From contig OZ024743.1 of assembly GCA_964016885.1 (NCBI GenBank), forward strand, positions 333,498,001 to 333,562,000: a stretch of 64,000 nucleotides of DNA. The letters are read 5' to 3'. Every line of letters starts with the position of its first letter. The stretch's first letter is position 1. The position numbers and the translations under genes are program-made. The notes under the pieces were generated by a model, which was not told the origin of the DNA, made no database searches, and saw only the letters and a program-made list of their open reading frames with translations. Below are positions 36,470 through 49,700 of this stretch, one piece after another. The DNA comes from Eledone cirrhosa. Its lineage: Eukaryota.

Positions 36470-39400
36470 GTGTAGTGCCCCATCATAGCTGCAGTTTGAT
36501 GACTGAAACCAGTAAAGAGTGTGGTGCCCCAGCATGGCTGCAGTTTGATGACTGAAACCAGTAAAGAGTGTAGTGCCCCAGCATGGCTGCAGTTTGATGA
36601 CTGAAACCAGTAAAGAGTGTGGTGCCCCAGCATGGCTGCAGTATAATGACTGAAACCAGTAAAGAGTGTAGTGCCCCATCATGGCTGCAGTTTTATGACT
36701 GAAACCAGTAAAGAGTGTGGTGCCCCAGCATGGCTGCAGTTTGATGACTGAAACCAGTAAAGAGTGTAGTGCCCCATCATGGCTGCAGTTTGATGACTGA
36801 AACCAGTAAAGAGTGTAGTGCCCCATCATGGCTGCAGTTTGATGACTGAAACCAGTAAAGAGTGTAGTGCCCCATCATGGCTGCAGTTTGATGACTGAAA
36901 CCAGTAAAGAGTGTGGTGCCCCAGCATGGCTGCAGTTTAATGACTGAAACCAGTAAAGAGTGTAGTGCCCCATTATGGCTGCAGTTTGATGACTGAAACC
37001 AGTAAAGAGTGTGGTGCCCCAGCATGGCTGCAGTTTGATGACTGAAACCAGTAAAGAGTTTAGTGCCCCATCATGGCTGCAGTTTGATGACTGAAACCAG
37101 TAAAGAGTGTAGTGCCCCATCATGGCTGCAGTTTGATAACTGAAACCAGTAAAGAGTGTGGTGCCCCAGCATGGCTGCAGTTTAATGACTGAAACCAGTA
37201 AAGAGTGTAGTGCCCCATCATGGCTGCAGTTTGATGACTGAAACCAGTAAAGAGTGTAGTGCCCCATCATGGCTGCAGTTTGATGACTGAAACCAGTAAA
37301 GAGTGTAGTGCCCCAGCATGGCTGCAGTTTGATGACTGAAACCAGTAAAGAGTGTAGTGCCCCATCATGGCTGCAGTTTGATAACTGAAACCAGTAAAGA
37401 GTGTGGTGCCCCAGCATGGCTGCAGTTTAATGACTGAAACCAGTAAAGAGTGTAGTGCCCCATCATGGCTGCAGTTTAATGACTGAAACCAGTAAAGAGT
37501 GTGGTGCCCCAGCATGGCTGCAGTTTAATGACTGAAACCAGTAAAGAGTGTGGTGCCCCAGCATGGCTGCAGTTTAATGACTGAAACCAGTAAAGAGTGT
37601 AGTGCCCCATCATGGCTGCAGTTTGATGACTGAAACCAGTAAAGAGTGTAGTGCCCCATCATGGCTGCAGTTTGATGACTGAAACCAGTAAAGAGTGTAG
37701 TGCCCCATTATGGCTGCAGTTTGATGACTGAAACCAGTAAAGAGTGTAGTGCCCCATCATGGCTGCAGTTTGATGACTGAAACCAGTAAAGAGTGTGGTG
37801 CTCCAGCATGGCTGCAGTTTGATGACTGAAACCAGTAAAGAGTGTAGTGCCCCATCATGGCTGCAGTTTGATTACTGAAACCAGTAAAGAGTGTAGTGCT
37901 CCATCATGGCTGCAGTTTGATGACTGAAACCAGTAAAGAGTGTAGTGCCCCAGCATGGCTGCAGTTTGATGACTGAAACCAGTAAAGAGTGTGGTGCCCC
38001 AGCATGGCTGCAGTTTGATGACTGAAACCAGTAAAGAGTGTGGTGCTCCAGCATGGCTGCAGTTTGATGACTGAAACCAGTAAAGAGTGTAGTGCCCCAT
38101 CATAGCTGCAGTTTGATGACTGAAACCAGTAAAGAGTGTAGTGCCCCATCATGGCTGCAGTTTGATGACTGAAACCAGTAAAGAGTGTAGTGCCCCATCA
38201 TGGCTGCAGTTTTATGACTGAAACCAGTAAAGAGTGTGGTGCCCCAGCATGGCTGCAGTTTGATGACTGAAACCAGTAAAGAGTGTAGTGCCCCAGCATG
38301 GCTGCAGTTTAATGACTGAAACCAGTAAAGAGTGTAGTGCCCCATCATAGCTGCAGTTTGATGACTGAAACCAGTAAAGAGTGTGGTGCCCCAGCATGGC
38401 TGCAGTTTGATGACTGAAACCAGTAAAGAGTGTAGTGCCCCATCATGGCTGCAGTTTTATGACTGAAACCAGTAAAGAGTGTGGTGCCCCAGCATGGCTG
38501 CAGTTTGATGACTGAAACCAGTAAAGAGTGTAGTGCCCCAGCATGGCTGCAGTTTAATGACTGAAACCAGTAAAGAGTGTAGTGCCCCATCATAGCTGCA
38601 GTTTGATGACTGAAACCAGTAAAGAGTGTGGTGCCCCAGCATGGCTGCAGTTTGATGACTGAAACCAGTAAAGAGTGTAGTGCCCCAGCATGGCTGCAGT
38701 TTGATGACTGAAACCAGTAAAGAGTGTGGTGCCCCAGCATGGCTGCAGTATAATGACTGAAACCAGTAAAGAGTGTAGTGCCCCATCATGGCTGCAGTTT
38801 TATGACTGAAACCAGTAAAGAGTGTGGTGCCCCAGCATGGCTGCAGTTTGATGACTGAAACCAGTAAAGAGTGTAGTGCCCCATCATGGCTGCAGTTTGA
38901 TGACTGAAACCAGTAAAGAGTGTAGTGCCCCATCATGGCTGCAGTTTGATGACTGAAACCAGTAAAGAGTGTAGTGCCCCATCATGGCTGCAGTTTGATG
39001 ACTGAAACCAGTAAAGAGTGTGGTGCCCCAGCATGGCTGCAGTTTAATGACTGAAACCAGTAAAGAGTGTAGTGCCCCATTATGGCTGCAGTTTGATGAC
39101 TGAAACCAGTAAAGAGTGTGGTGCCCCAGCATGGCTGCAGTTTGATGACTGAAACCAGTAAAGAGTTTAGTGCCCCATCATGGCTGCAGTTTGATGACTG
39201 AAACCAGTAAAGAGTGTAGTGCCCCATCATGGCTGCAGTTTGATAACTGAAACCAGTAAAGAGTGTGGTGCCCCAGCATGGCTGCAGTTTAATGACTGAA
39301 ACCAGTAAAGAGTGTAGTGCCCCATCATGGCTGCAGTTTGATGACTGAAACCAGTAAAGAGTGTAGTGCCCCATCATGGCTGCAGTTTGATGACTGAAAC
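36470..39400. repeat. Block duplication with a 43-monomer (2107 bp) offset
   Basis: Rare variant CAGTATAATG at 36643 and 38750. ORF pairs 36777/38884 and 36875/38982. Confidence 0.8.
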
Positions 39401-41289
39401 CAGTAAAGAGTGTAGTGCCCCATCATGGCTGCAGTTTGATGACTGAAACCAGTAAAGAGTGTAGTGCCCCAGCATGGCTGCAGTTTGATGACTGAAACCA
39501 GTAAAGAGTGCGGTGCCCCAGCATGGCTGCAGTTTGATGACTGAAACCAGTAAAGAGTGTAGTGCCCCATCATGGCTGCAGTTTGATAACTGAAACCAGT
39601 AAAGAGTGTGGTGCCCCAGCATGGCTGCAGTTTAATGACTGAAACCAGTAAAGAGTGTAGTGCCCCATCATGGCTGCAGTTTAATGACTGAAACCAGTAA
39701 AGAGTGTGGTGCCCCAGCATGGCTGCAGTTTAATGACTGAAACCAGTAAAGAGTGTGGTGCCCCAGCATGGCTGCAGTTTAATGACTGAAACCAGTAAAG
39801 AGTGTAGTGCCCCATCATGGCTGCAGTTTGATGACTGAAACCAGTAAAGAGTGTAGTGCCCCATCATGGCTGCAGTTTGATGACTGAAACCAGTAAAGAG
39901 TGTAGTGCCCCATTATGGCTGCAGTTTGATGACTGAAACCAGTAAAGAGTGTAGTGCCCCATCATGGCTGCAGTTTGATGACTGAAATCAGTAAAGAGTG
40001 TGGTGCTCCAGCATGGCTGCAGTTTGATGACTGAAACCAGTAAAGAGTGTAGTGTCCCAGCATGGCTGCAGTTTGACGACTGAAACCAGTAAAGAGTATA
40101 GTGCCCCATCATGGCTGTAGTTTGATGACTGAAACCAGTAAAGAGTGTAGTGCCCCATCATGGCTGCAGTTTGATGACTGAAACCAGTAAAGAGTGTGGT
40201 GCCCCAGCATGGCTGCAGTTTAATGACTGAAACCAGTAAAGAGTGTAGTGTCCCAGCATGGCTGCAGTTTGACGACTGAAACCAGTAAAGAGTATAGTGC
40301 CCCAGCATGGCTGCAGTTTAATGACTGAAACCAGTAAAGAGTGTGGTGCCCCAGCATGGCTGTAGTTTGATGACTGAAACCAGTAAAGAGTGTAGTGCCC
40401 CATCATGGCTGCAGTTTGATGACTGAAACCAGTAAAGAGTGTGGTGCCCCAGCATGGCTGCAGTTTAATGACTGAAACCAGTAAAGAGTGTAGTGCCCCA
40501 TCATGGCTGCAGTTTGATGACTGAAACCAGTAAAGAGTGTAGTGCCCCATCATGGCTGCAGTTTGATTACTGAAACCAGTAAAGAGTGTAGTGCTCCATC
40601 ATGGCTGCAGTTTGATGACTGAAACCAGTAAAGAGTGTAGTGCCCCAGCATGGCTGCAGTTTGATGACTGAAACCAGTAAAGAGTGTGGTGCTCCAGCAT
40701 GGCTGCAGTTTGATGACTGAAACCAGTAAAGAGTGTAGTGCCCCATCATGGCTGCAGTTTGATGACTGAAACCAGTAAAGAGTGTAGTGCCCCAGCATGG
40801 CTGCAGTTTGATGACTGAAACCAGTAAAGAGTGTGGTGCCCCAGCATGGCTGCAGTTTGATGACTGAAACCAGTAAAGAGTGTAGTGCCCCAGCATGGCT
40901 GCAGTTTAATGACTGAAACCAGTAAAGAGTGTAGTGCCCCATCATAGCTGCAGTTTGATGACTGAAACCAGTAAAGAGTGTAGTGCCCCAGCATGGCTGC
41001 AGTTTGATGACTGAAACCAGTAAAGAGTGTAGTGCCCCATCATGGCTGCAGTTTAATGACTGAAACCAGTAAAGAGTGTAGTGCCCCAGCATGGCTGCAG
41101 TTTGATGACTGAAACCAGTAAAGAGTGTAGTGCCCCAGCATGGCTGCAGTTTAATGACTGAAACCAGTAAAGAGTGTAGTGCCCCATCATGGCTGCAGTT
41201 TGATGACTGAAACCAGTAAAGAGTGTGGTGCCCCATCATGGCTGCAGTTTGATGACTGAAACCAGTAAAGAGTGTGGTGCCCCAGCATG

Positions 41290-43550
41290 GCTGCAGTTTA
41301 ATGACTGAAACCAGTAAAGAGTGTAGTGCCCCATCATGGCTGCAGTTTGATGACTGAAACCAGTAAAGAGTGTGGTGCCCCAGCATGGCTGCAGTTTGAT
41401 GACTGAAACCAGTAAAGAGTGTAGTGCCCCATGATGGCTGCAGTTTGATGACTGAAACCAGTAAAGAGTGTGGTGCCCCAGCATGGCTGCAGTTTAATGA
41501 CTGAAACCAGTAAAGAGTGTAGTGCCCCATCATGGCTGCAGTTTGATGACTGAAACCAGTAAAGAGTGTAGTGCCCCATGATGGCTGCAGTTTGATGACT
41601 GAAACCAGTAAAGAGTGTAGTGCCCCATCATGGCTGCAGTTTGATGACTGAAACCAGTAAAGAGTGTGGTGCTCCAGCATGGCTGCAGTTTGATGACTGA
41701 AACCAGTAAAGAGTGTAGTGCCCCATCATGGCTGCAGTTTGATGACTGAAACCAGTAAAGAGTGTAGTGCCCCATCATGGCTGCAGTTTGATGACTGAAA
41801 CCAGTAAAGAGTGTAGTGCCCCATCATGGCTGCAGTTTGATGACTGAAACCAGTAAAGAGTGTGGTGCTCCAGCATGGCTGCAGTTTGATGACTGAAACC
41901 AGTAAAGAGTGTGGTGCCCCAGCATGGCTGCAGTTTAATGACTGAAACCAGTAAAGAGTGTAGTGCCCCATCATGGCTGCAGTTTGATGACTGAAACCAG
42001 TAAAGAGTGTAGTGCCCCAGCATGGCTGCAGTTTGATGACTGAAACCAGTAAAGAGTTTAGTGCCCCATCATGGCTGCAGTTTGATGACTGAAACCAGTA
42101 AAGAGTGTAGTGCCCCATCATGGCTGCAGTTTGATGACTGAAACCAGTAAAGAGTGTAGTGCCCCATGATGGCTGCAGTTTGATGACTGAAACCAGTAAA
42201 GAGTGTGGTGCCCCAGCATGGCTGCAGTTTAATGACTGAAACCAGTAAAGAGTGTAGTGCCCCATCATGGCTGCAGTTTGATGACTGAAACCAGTAAAGA
42301 GTGTGGTGCCCCAGCATGGCTGCAGTTTAATGACTGAAACCTGTAAAGAGTGTAGTGCCCCAGCATGGCTGCAGTTTGATGACTGAAACCAGTAAAGAGT
42401 GTGGTGCCCCAGCATGGCTGCAGTTTAATGACTGAAACCAGTAAAGAGTGTAGTGCCCCATCATGGCTGCAGTTTGATGACTGAAACCAGTAAAGAGTGT
42501 GGTGCCCCAGCATGGCTGCAGTTTGATGACTGAAACCAGTAAAGAGTGTAGTGCCCCATGATGGCTGAGTTTGATGACTGAAACCAGTAAAGAGTGTGGT
42601 GCCCCAGCATGGCTGCAGTTTAATGACTGAAACCAGTAAAGAGTGTAGTGCCCCATCATGGCTGCAGTTTGATGACTGAAACCAGTAAAGAGTGTAGTGC
42701 CCCATGATGGCTGCAGTTTGATGACTGAAACCAGTAAAGAGTGTAGTGCCCCATCATGGCTGCAGTTTGATGACTGAAACCAGTAAAGAGTGTGGTGCTC
42801 CAGCATGGCTGCAGTTTGATGACTGAAACCAGTAAAGAGTGTAGTGCCCCATCATGGCTGCAGTTTGATGACTGAAACCAGTAAAGAGTGTAGTGCCCCA
42901 TCATGGCTGCAGTTTGATGACTGAAACCAGTAAAGAGTGTAGTGCCCCATCATGGCTGCAGTTTGATGACTGAAACCAGTAAAGAGTGTGGTGCTCCAGC
43001 ATGGCTGCAGTTTGATGACTGAAACCAGTAAAGAGTGTGGTGCCCCAGCATGGCTGCAGTTTAATGACTGAAACCAGTAAAGAGTGTAGTGCCCCATCAT
43101 GGCTGCAGTTTGATGACTGAAACCAGTAAAGAGTGTAGTGCCCCAGCATGGCTGCAGTTTGATGACTGAAACCAGTAAAGAGTTTAGTGCCCCATCATGG
43201 CTGCAGTTTGATGACTGAAACCAGTAAAGAGTGTAGTGCCCCATCATGGCTGCAGTTTGATGACTGAAACCAGTAAAGAGTGTAGTGCCCCATGATGGCT
43301 GCAGTTTGATGACTGAAACCAGTAAAGAGTGTGGTGCCCCAGCATGGCTGCAGTTTAATGACTGAAACCAGTAAAGAGTGTAGTGCCCCATCATGGCTGC
43401 AGTTTGATGACTGAAACCAGTAAAGAGTGTGGTGCCCCAGCATGGCTGCAGTTTAATGACTGAAACCTGTAAAGAGTGTAGTGCCCCAGCATGGCTGCAG
43501 TTTGATGACTGAAACCAGTAAAGAGTGTGGTGCCCCAGCATGGCTGCAGT
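41290..43550. repeat. Tandem 23-monomer duplication (offset 1126 bp = 23x49 minus the 1-bp deletion at 42567)
   Basis: ORF pairs 41530/42656, 41726/42852, 41775/42901 and 42069/43195. Confidence 0.82.
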
Positions 43551-46500
43551 TTAATGACTGAAACCAGTAAAGAGTGTAGTGCCCCATCATGGCTGCAGTT
43601 TGATGACTGAAACCAGTAAAGAGTGTGGTGCTCCAGCATGGCTGCAGTTTGATGACTGAAACCAGTAAAGAGTGTAGTGCCCCATCATGGCTGCAGTTTG
43701 ATGACTGAAACCAGTAAAGAGTGTGGTGCCCCAGCATGGCTGCAGTTTAATGACTGAAACCAGTAAAGAGTGTAGTGCCCCATCATGGCTGCAGTTTGAT
43801 GACTGAAACCAGTAAAGAGTTTAGTGCTCCATCATGGCTGCAGTTTGATGACTGAAACCAGTAAAGAGTGTGGTGCTCCAGCATGGCTGCAGTTTGATGA
43901 CTGAAACCAGTAAAGAGTGTAGTGCCCCAGCATGGCTGCAGTTTAATGACTGAAACCAGTAAAGAGTGTGGTGCCCCAGCATGGCTGCAGTTTAATGACT
44001 GAAACCTGTAAAGAGTGTAGTGCCCCAGCATGGCTGCAGTTTGATGACTGAAACCAGTAAAGAGTGTGGTGCCCCAGCATGGCTGCAGTTTGATTACTGA
44101 AACCAGTAAAGAGTGTGGTGCTCCAGCATGGCTGCAGTTTGATGACTGAAACCAGTAAAGAGTGTAGTGCCCCATCATGGCTGCAGTTTGATGACTGAAA
44201 CCAGTAAAGAGTGTGGTGCCCCAGCATGGCTGCAGTTTAATGACTGAAACCAGTAAAGAGTGTAGTGCCCCATCATGGCTGCAGTTTGATGACTGAAACC
44301 AGTAAAGAGTGTAGTGCCCCATCATGGCTGCAGTTTGATGACTGAAACCAGTAAAGAGTGTGGTGCTCCAGCATGGCTGCAGTTTGATGACTGAAACCAG
44401 TAAAGAGTGTAGTGCCCCATCATGGCTGCAGTTTGATGACTGAAACCAGTAAAGAGTGTGGTGCCCCAGCATGGCTGCAGTTTAATGACTGAAACCAGTA
44501 AAGAGTGTAGTGCCCCAGCATGGCTGCAGTTTGATGACTGAAACCAGTAAAGAGTGTGGTGCCCCAGCATGGCTGCAGTTTAATGACTGAAACCAGTAAA
44601 GAGTGTAGTGCCCCATCATGGCTGCAGTTTGATGACTGAAACCAGTAAAGAGTGTGGTGCTCCAGCATGGCTGCAGTTTGATGACTGAAACCAGTAAAGA
44701 GTGTAGTGCCCCATCATGGCTGCAGTTTGATGACTGAAACCAGTAAAGAGTGTAGTGCCCCATCATGGCTGCAGTTTGATGACTGAAACCAGTAAAGAGT
44801 GTGGTGCTCCAGCATGGCTGCAGTTTGATGACTGAAACCAGTAAAGAGTGTAGTGCCCCATCATGGCTGCAGTTTGATGACTGAAACCAGTAAAGAGTGT
44901 GGTGCCCCAGCATGGCTGCAGTTTAATGACTGAAACCAGTAAAGAGTGTAGTGCCCCAGCATGGCTGCAGTTTGATGACTGAAACCAGTAAAGAGTGTGG
45001 TGCCCCAGCATGGCTGCAGTTTAATGACTGAAACCAGTAAAGAGTGTAGTGCCCCATCATGGCTGCAGTTTGATGACTGAAACCAGTAAAGAGTGTGGTG
45101 CTCCAGCATGGCTGCAGTTTGATGACTGAAACCAGTAAAGAGTGTAGTGCCCCATCATGGCTGCAGTTTGATGACTGAAACCAGTAAAGAGTGTAGTGCC
45201 CCATCATGGCTGCAGTTTGATGACTGAAACCAGTAAAGAGTGTAGTGCCCCAGCATGGCTGCAGTTTGATGACTGAAACCAGTAAAGAGTGTAGTGCCCC
45301 ATCATGGCTGCAGTTTGATGACTGAAACCAGTAAAGAGTGTGGTGCCCCAGCATGGCTGCAGTTTAATGACTGAAACCAGTAAAGAGTGTAGTGCCCCAT
45401 CATGGCTGCAGTTTGATGACTGAAACCAGTAAAGAGTGTAGTGCCCCATCATGGCTGCAGTTTGATGACTGAAACCAGTAAAGAGTGTGGTGCCCCAGCA
45501 TGGCTGCAGTTTAATGACTGAAACCAGTAAAGAGTGTAGTGCCCCATCATGGCTGCAGTTTGATGACTGAAACCAGTAAAGAGTGTGGTGCCCCAGCATG
45601 GCTGCAGTTTAATGACTGAAACCTGTAAAGAGTGTAGTGCCCCAGCATGGCTGCAGTTTGATGACTGAAACCAGTAAAGAGTGTGGTGCCCCAGCATGGC
45701 TGCAGTTTGATTACTGAAACCAGTAAAGAGTGTGGTGCTCCAGCATGGCTGCAGTTTGATGACTGAAACCAGTAAAGAGTGTAGTGCCCCATCATGGCTG
45801 CAGTTTGATGACTGAAACCAGTAAAGAGTGTGGTGCCCCAGCATGGCTGCAGTTTAATGACTGAAACCAGTAAAGAGTGTAGTGCCCCATCATGGCTGCA
45901 GTTTGATGACTGAAACCAGTAAAGAGTGTAGTGCCCCATCATGGCTGCAGTTTAATGACTGAAACCAGTAAAGAGTGTAGTGCCCCATCATGGCTGCAGT
46001 TTGATGACTGAAACCAGTAAAGAGTGTGGTGCCCCAGCATGGCTGCAGTTTAATGACTGAAACCTGTAAAGAGTGTAGTGCCCCAGCATGGCTGCAGTTT
46101 GATGACTGAAACCAGTAAAGAGTGTGGTGCCCCAGCATGGCTGCAGTTTAATGACTGAAACCAGTAAAGAGTGTAGTGCCCCATCATGGCTGCAGTTTGA
46201 TGACTGAAACCAGTAAAGAGTGTGGTGCCCCAGCATGGCTGCAGTTTGATGACTGAAACCAGTAAAGAGTGTAGTGCCCCATGATGGCTGCAGTTTGATG
46301 ACTGAAACCAGTAAAGAGTGTGGTGCCCCAGCATGGCTGCAGTTTAATGACTTAAACCAGTAAAGAGTGTAGTGCCCCATCATGGCTGCAGTTTGATGAC
46401 TGAAACCAGTAAAGAGTGTAGTGCCCCATGATGGCTGCAGTTTGATGACTGAAACCAGTAAAGAGTGTAGTGCCCCATCATGGCTGCAGTTTGATGACTG

Positions 46501-49500
46501 AAACCAGTAAAGAGTGTGGTGCTCCAGCATGGCTGCAGTTTGATGACTGAAACCAGTAAAGAGTGTAGTGCCCCATCATGGCTGCAGTTTGATGACTGAA
46601 ACCAGTAAAGAGTGTAGTGCCCCATCATGGCTGCAGTTTGATGACTGAAACCAGTAAAGAGTGTAGTGCCCCATCATGGCTGCAGTTTGATGACTGAAAC
46701 CAGTAAAGAGTGTGGTGCTCCAGCATGGCTGCAGTTTGATGACTGAAACCAGTAAAGAGTGTGGTGCCCCAGCATGGCTGCAGTTTAATGACTGAAACCA
46801 GTAAAGAGTGTAGTGCCCCATCATGGCTGCAGTTTGATGACTGAAACCAGTAAAGAGTGTAGTGCCCCAGCATGGCTGCAGTTTGATGACTGAAACCAGT
46901 AAAGAGTTTAGTGCCCCATCATGGCTGCAGTTTGATGACTGAAACCAGTAAAGAGTGTAGTGCCCCATCATGGCTGCAGTTTGATGACTGAAACCAGTAA
47001 AGAGTGTAGTGCCCCATGATGGCTGCAGTTTGATGACTGAAACCAGTAAAGAGTGTGGTGCCCCAGCATGGCTGCAGTTTAATGACTGAAACCAGTAAAG
47101 AGTGTAGTGCCCCATCATGGCTGCAGTTTGATGACTGAAACCAGTAAAGAGTGTGGTGCCCCAGCATGGCTGCAGTTTAATGACTGAAACCTGTAAAGAG
47201 TGTAGTGCCCCAGCATGGCTGCAGTTTGATGACTGAAACCAGTAAAGAGTGTGGTGCCCCAGCATGGCTGCAGTTTAATGACTGAAACCAGTAAAGAGTG
47301 TAGTGCCCCATCATGGCTGCAGTTTGATGACTGAAACCAGTAAAGAGTGTGGTGCTCCAGCATGGCTGCAGTTTGATGACTGAAACCAGTAAAGAGTGTA
47401 GTGCCCCATCATGGCTGCAGTTTGATGACTGAAACCAGTAAAGAGTGTGGTGCCCCAGCATGGCTGCAGTTTAATGACTGAAACCAGTAAAGAGTGTAGT
47501 GCCCCATCATGGCTGCAGTTTGATGACTGAAACCAGTAAAGAGTTTAGTGCTCCATCATGGCTGCAGTTTGATGACTGAAACCAGTAAAGAGTGTGGTGC
47601 TCCAGCATGGCTGCAGTTTGATGACTGAAACCAGTAAAGAGTGTAGTGCCCCAGCATGGCTGCAGTTTAATGACTGAAACCAGTAAAGAGTGTGGTGCCC
47701 CAGCATGGCTGCAGTTTAATGACTGAAACCTGTAAAGAGTGTAGTGCCCCAGCATGGCTGCAGTTTGATGACTGAAACCAGTAAAGAGTGTGGTGCCCCA
47801 GCATGGCTGCAGTTTGATTACTGAAACCAGTAAAGAGTGTGGTGCTCCAGCATGGCTGCAGTTTGATGACTGAAACCAGTAAAGAGTGTAGTGCCCCATC
47901 ATGGCTGCAGTTTGATGACTGAAACCAGTAAAGAGTGTGGTGCCCCAGCATGGCTGCAGTTTAATGACTGAAACCAGTAAAGAGTGTAGTGCCCCATCAT
48001 GGCTGCAGTTTGATGACTGAAACCAGTAAAGAGTGTAGTGCCCCATCATGGCTGCAGTTTGATGACTGAAACCAGTAAAGAGTGTGGTGCTCCAGCATGG
48101 CTGCAGTTTGATGACTGAAACCAGTAAAGAGTGTAGTGCCCCATCATGGCTGCAGTTTGATGACTGAAACCAGTAAAGAGTGTGGTGCCCCAGCATGGCT
48201 GCAGTTTAATGACTGAAACCAGTAAAGAGTGTAGTGCCCCAGCATGGCTGCAGTTTGATGACTGAAACCAGTAAAGAGTGTGGTGCCCCAGCATGGCTGC
48301 AGTTTAATGACTGAAACCAGTAAAGAGTGTAGTGCCCCATCATGGCTGCAGTTTGATGACTGAAACCAGTAAAGAGTGTGGTGCTCCAGCATGGCTGCAG
48401 TTTGATGACTGAAACCAGTAAAGAGTGTAGTGCCCCATCATGGCTGCAGTTTGATGACTGAAACCAGTAAAGAGTGTAGTGCCCCATCATGGCTGCAGTT
48501 TGATGACTGAAACCAGTAAAGAGTGTGGTGCTCCAGCATGGCTGCAGTTTGATGACTGAAACCAGTAAAGAGTGTAGTGCCCCATCATGGCTGCAGTTTG
48601 ATGACTGAAACCAGTAAAGAGTGTGGTGCCCCAGCATGGCTGCAGTTTAATGACTGAAACCAGTAAAGAGTGTAGTGCCCCAGCATGGCTGCAGTTTGAT
48701 GACTGAAACCAGTAAAGAGTGTGGTGCCCCAGCATGGCTGCAGTTTAATGACTGAAACCAGTAAAGAGTGTAGTGCCCCATCATGGCTGCAGTTTGATGA
48801 CTGAAACCAGTAAAGAGTGTGGTGCTCCAGCATGGCTGCAGTTTGATGACTGAAACCAGTAAAGAGTGTAGTGCCCCATCATGGCTGCAGTTTGATGACT
48901 GAAACCAGTAAAGAGTGTAGTGCCCCATCATGGCTGCAGTTTGATGACTGAAACCAGTAAAGAGTGTAGTGCCCCAGCATGGCTGCAGTTTGATGACTGA
49001 AACCAGTAAAGAGTGTAGTGCCCCATCATGGCTGCAGTTTGATGACTGAAACCAGTAAAGAGTGTGGTGCCCCAGCATGGCTGCAGTTTAATGACTGAAA
49101 CCAGTAAAGAGTGTAGTGCCCCATCATGGCTGCAGTTTGATGACTGAAACCAGTAAAGAGTGTAGTGCCCCATCATGGCTGCAGTTTGATGACTGAAACC
49201 AGTAAAGAGTGTGGTGCCCCAGCATGGCTGCAGTTTAATGACTGAAACCAGTAAAGAGTGTAGTGCCCCATCATGGCTGCAGTTTGATGACTGAAACCAG
49301 TAAAGAGTGTGGTGCCCCAGCATGGCTGCAGTTTAATGACTGAAACCTGTAAAGAGTGTAGTGCCCCAGCATGGCTGCAGTTTGATGACTGAAACCAGTA
49401 AAGAGTGTGGTGCCCCAGCATGGCTGCAGTTTGATTACTGAAACCAGTAAAGAGTGTGGTGCTCCAGCATGGCTGCAGTTTGATGACTGAAACCAGTAAA

Positions 49501-49700
49501 GAGTGTAGTGCCCCATCATGGCTGCAGTTTGATGACTGAAACCAGTAAAGAGTGTGGTGCCCCAGCATGGCTGCAGTTTAATGACTGAAACCAGTAAAGA
49601 GTGTAGTGCCCCATCATGGCTGCAGTTTGATGACTGAAACCAGTAAAGAGTGTAGTGCCCCATCATGGCTGCAGTTTAATGACTGAAACCAGTAAAGAGT
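42230..49700. repeat. Tandem 76-monomer (3724 bp) higher-order repeat, two copies, each containing an internal 9-monomer (441 bp) duplication
   Basis: ORF pairs at offset 3724: 42656/46380, 43783/47507, 44482/48206, 45547/49271. Internal pairs at offset 441: 44322/44763 and 48046/48487. Confidence 0.88.
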
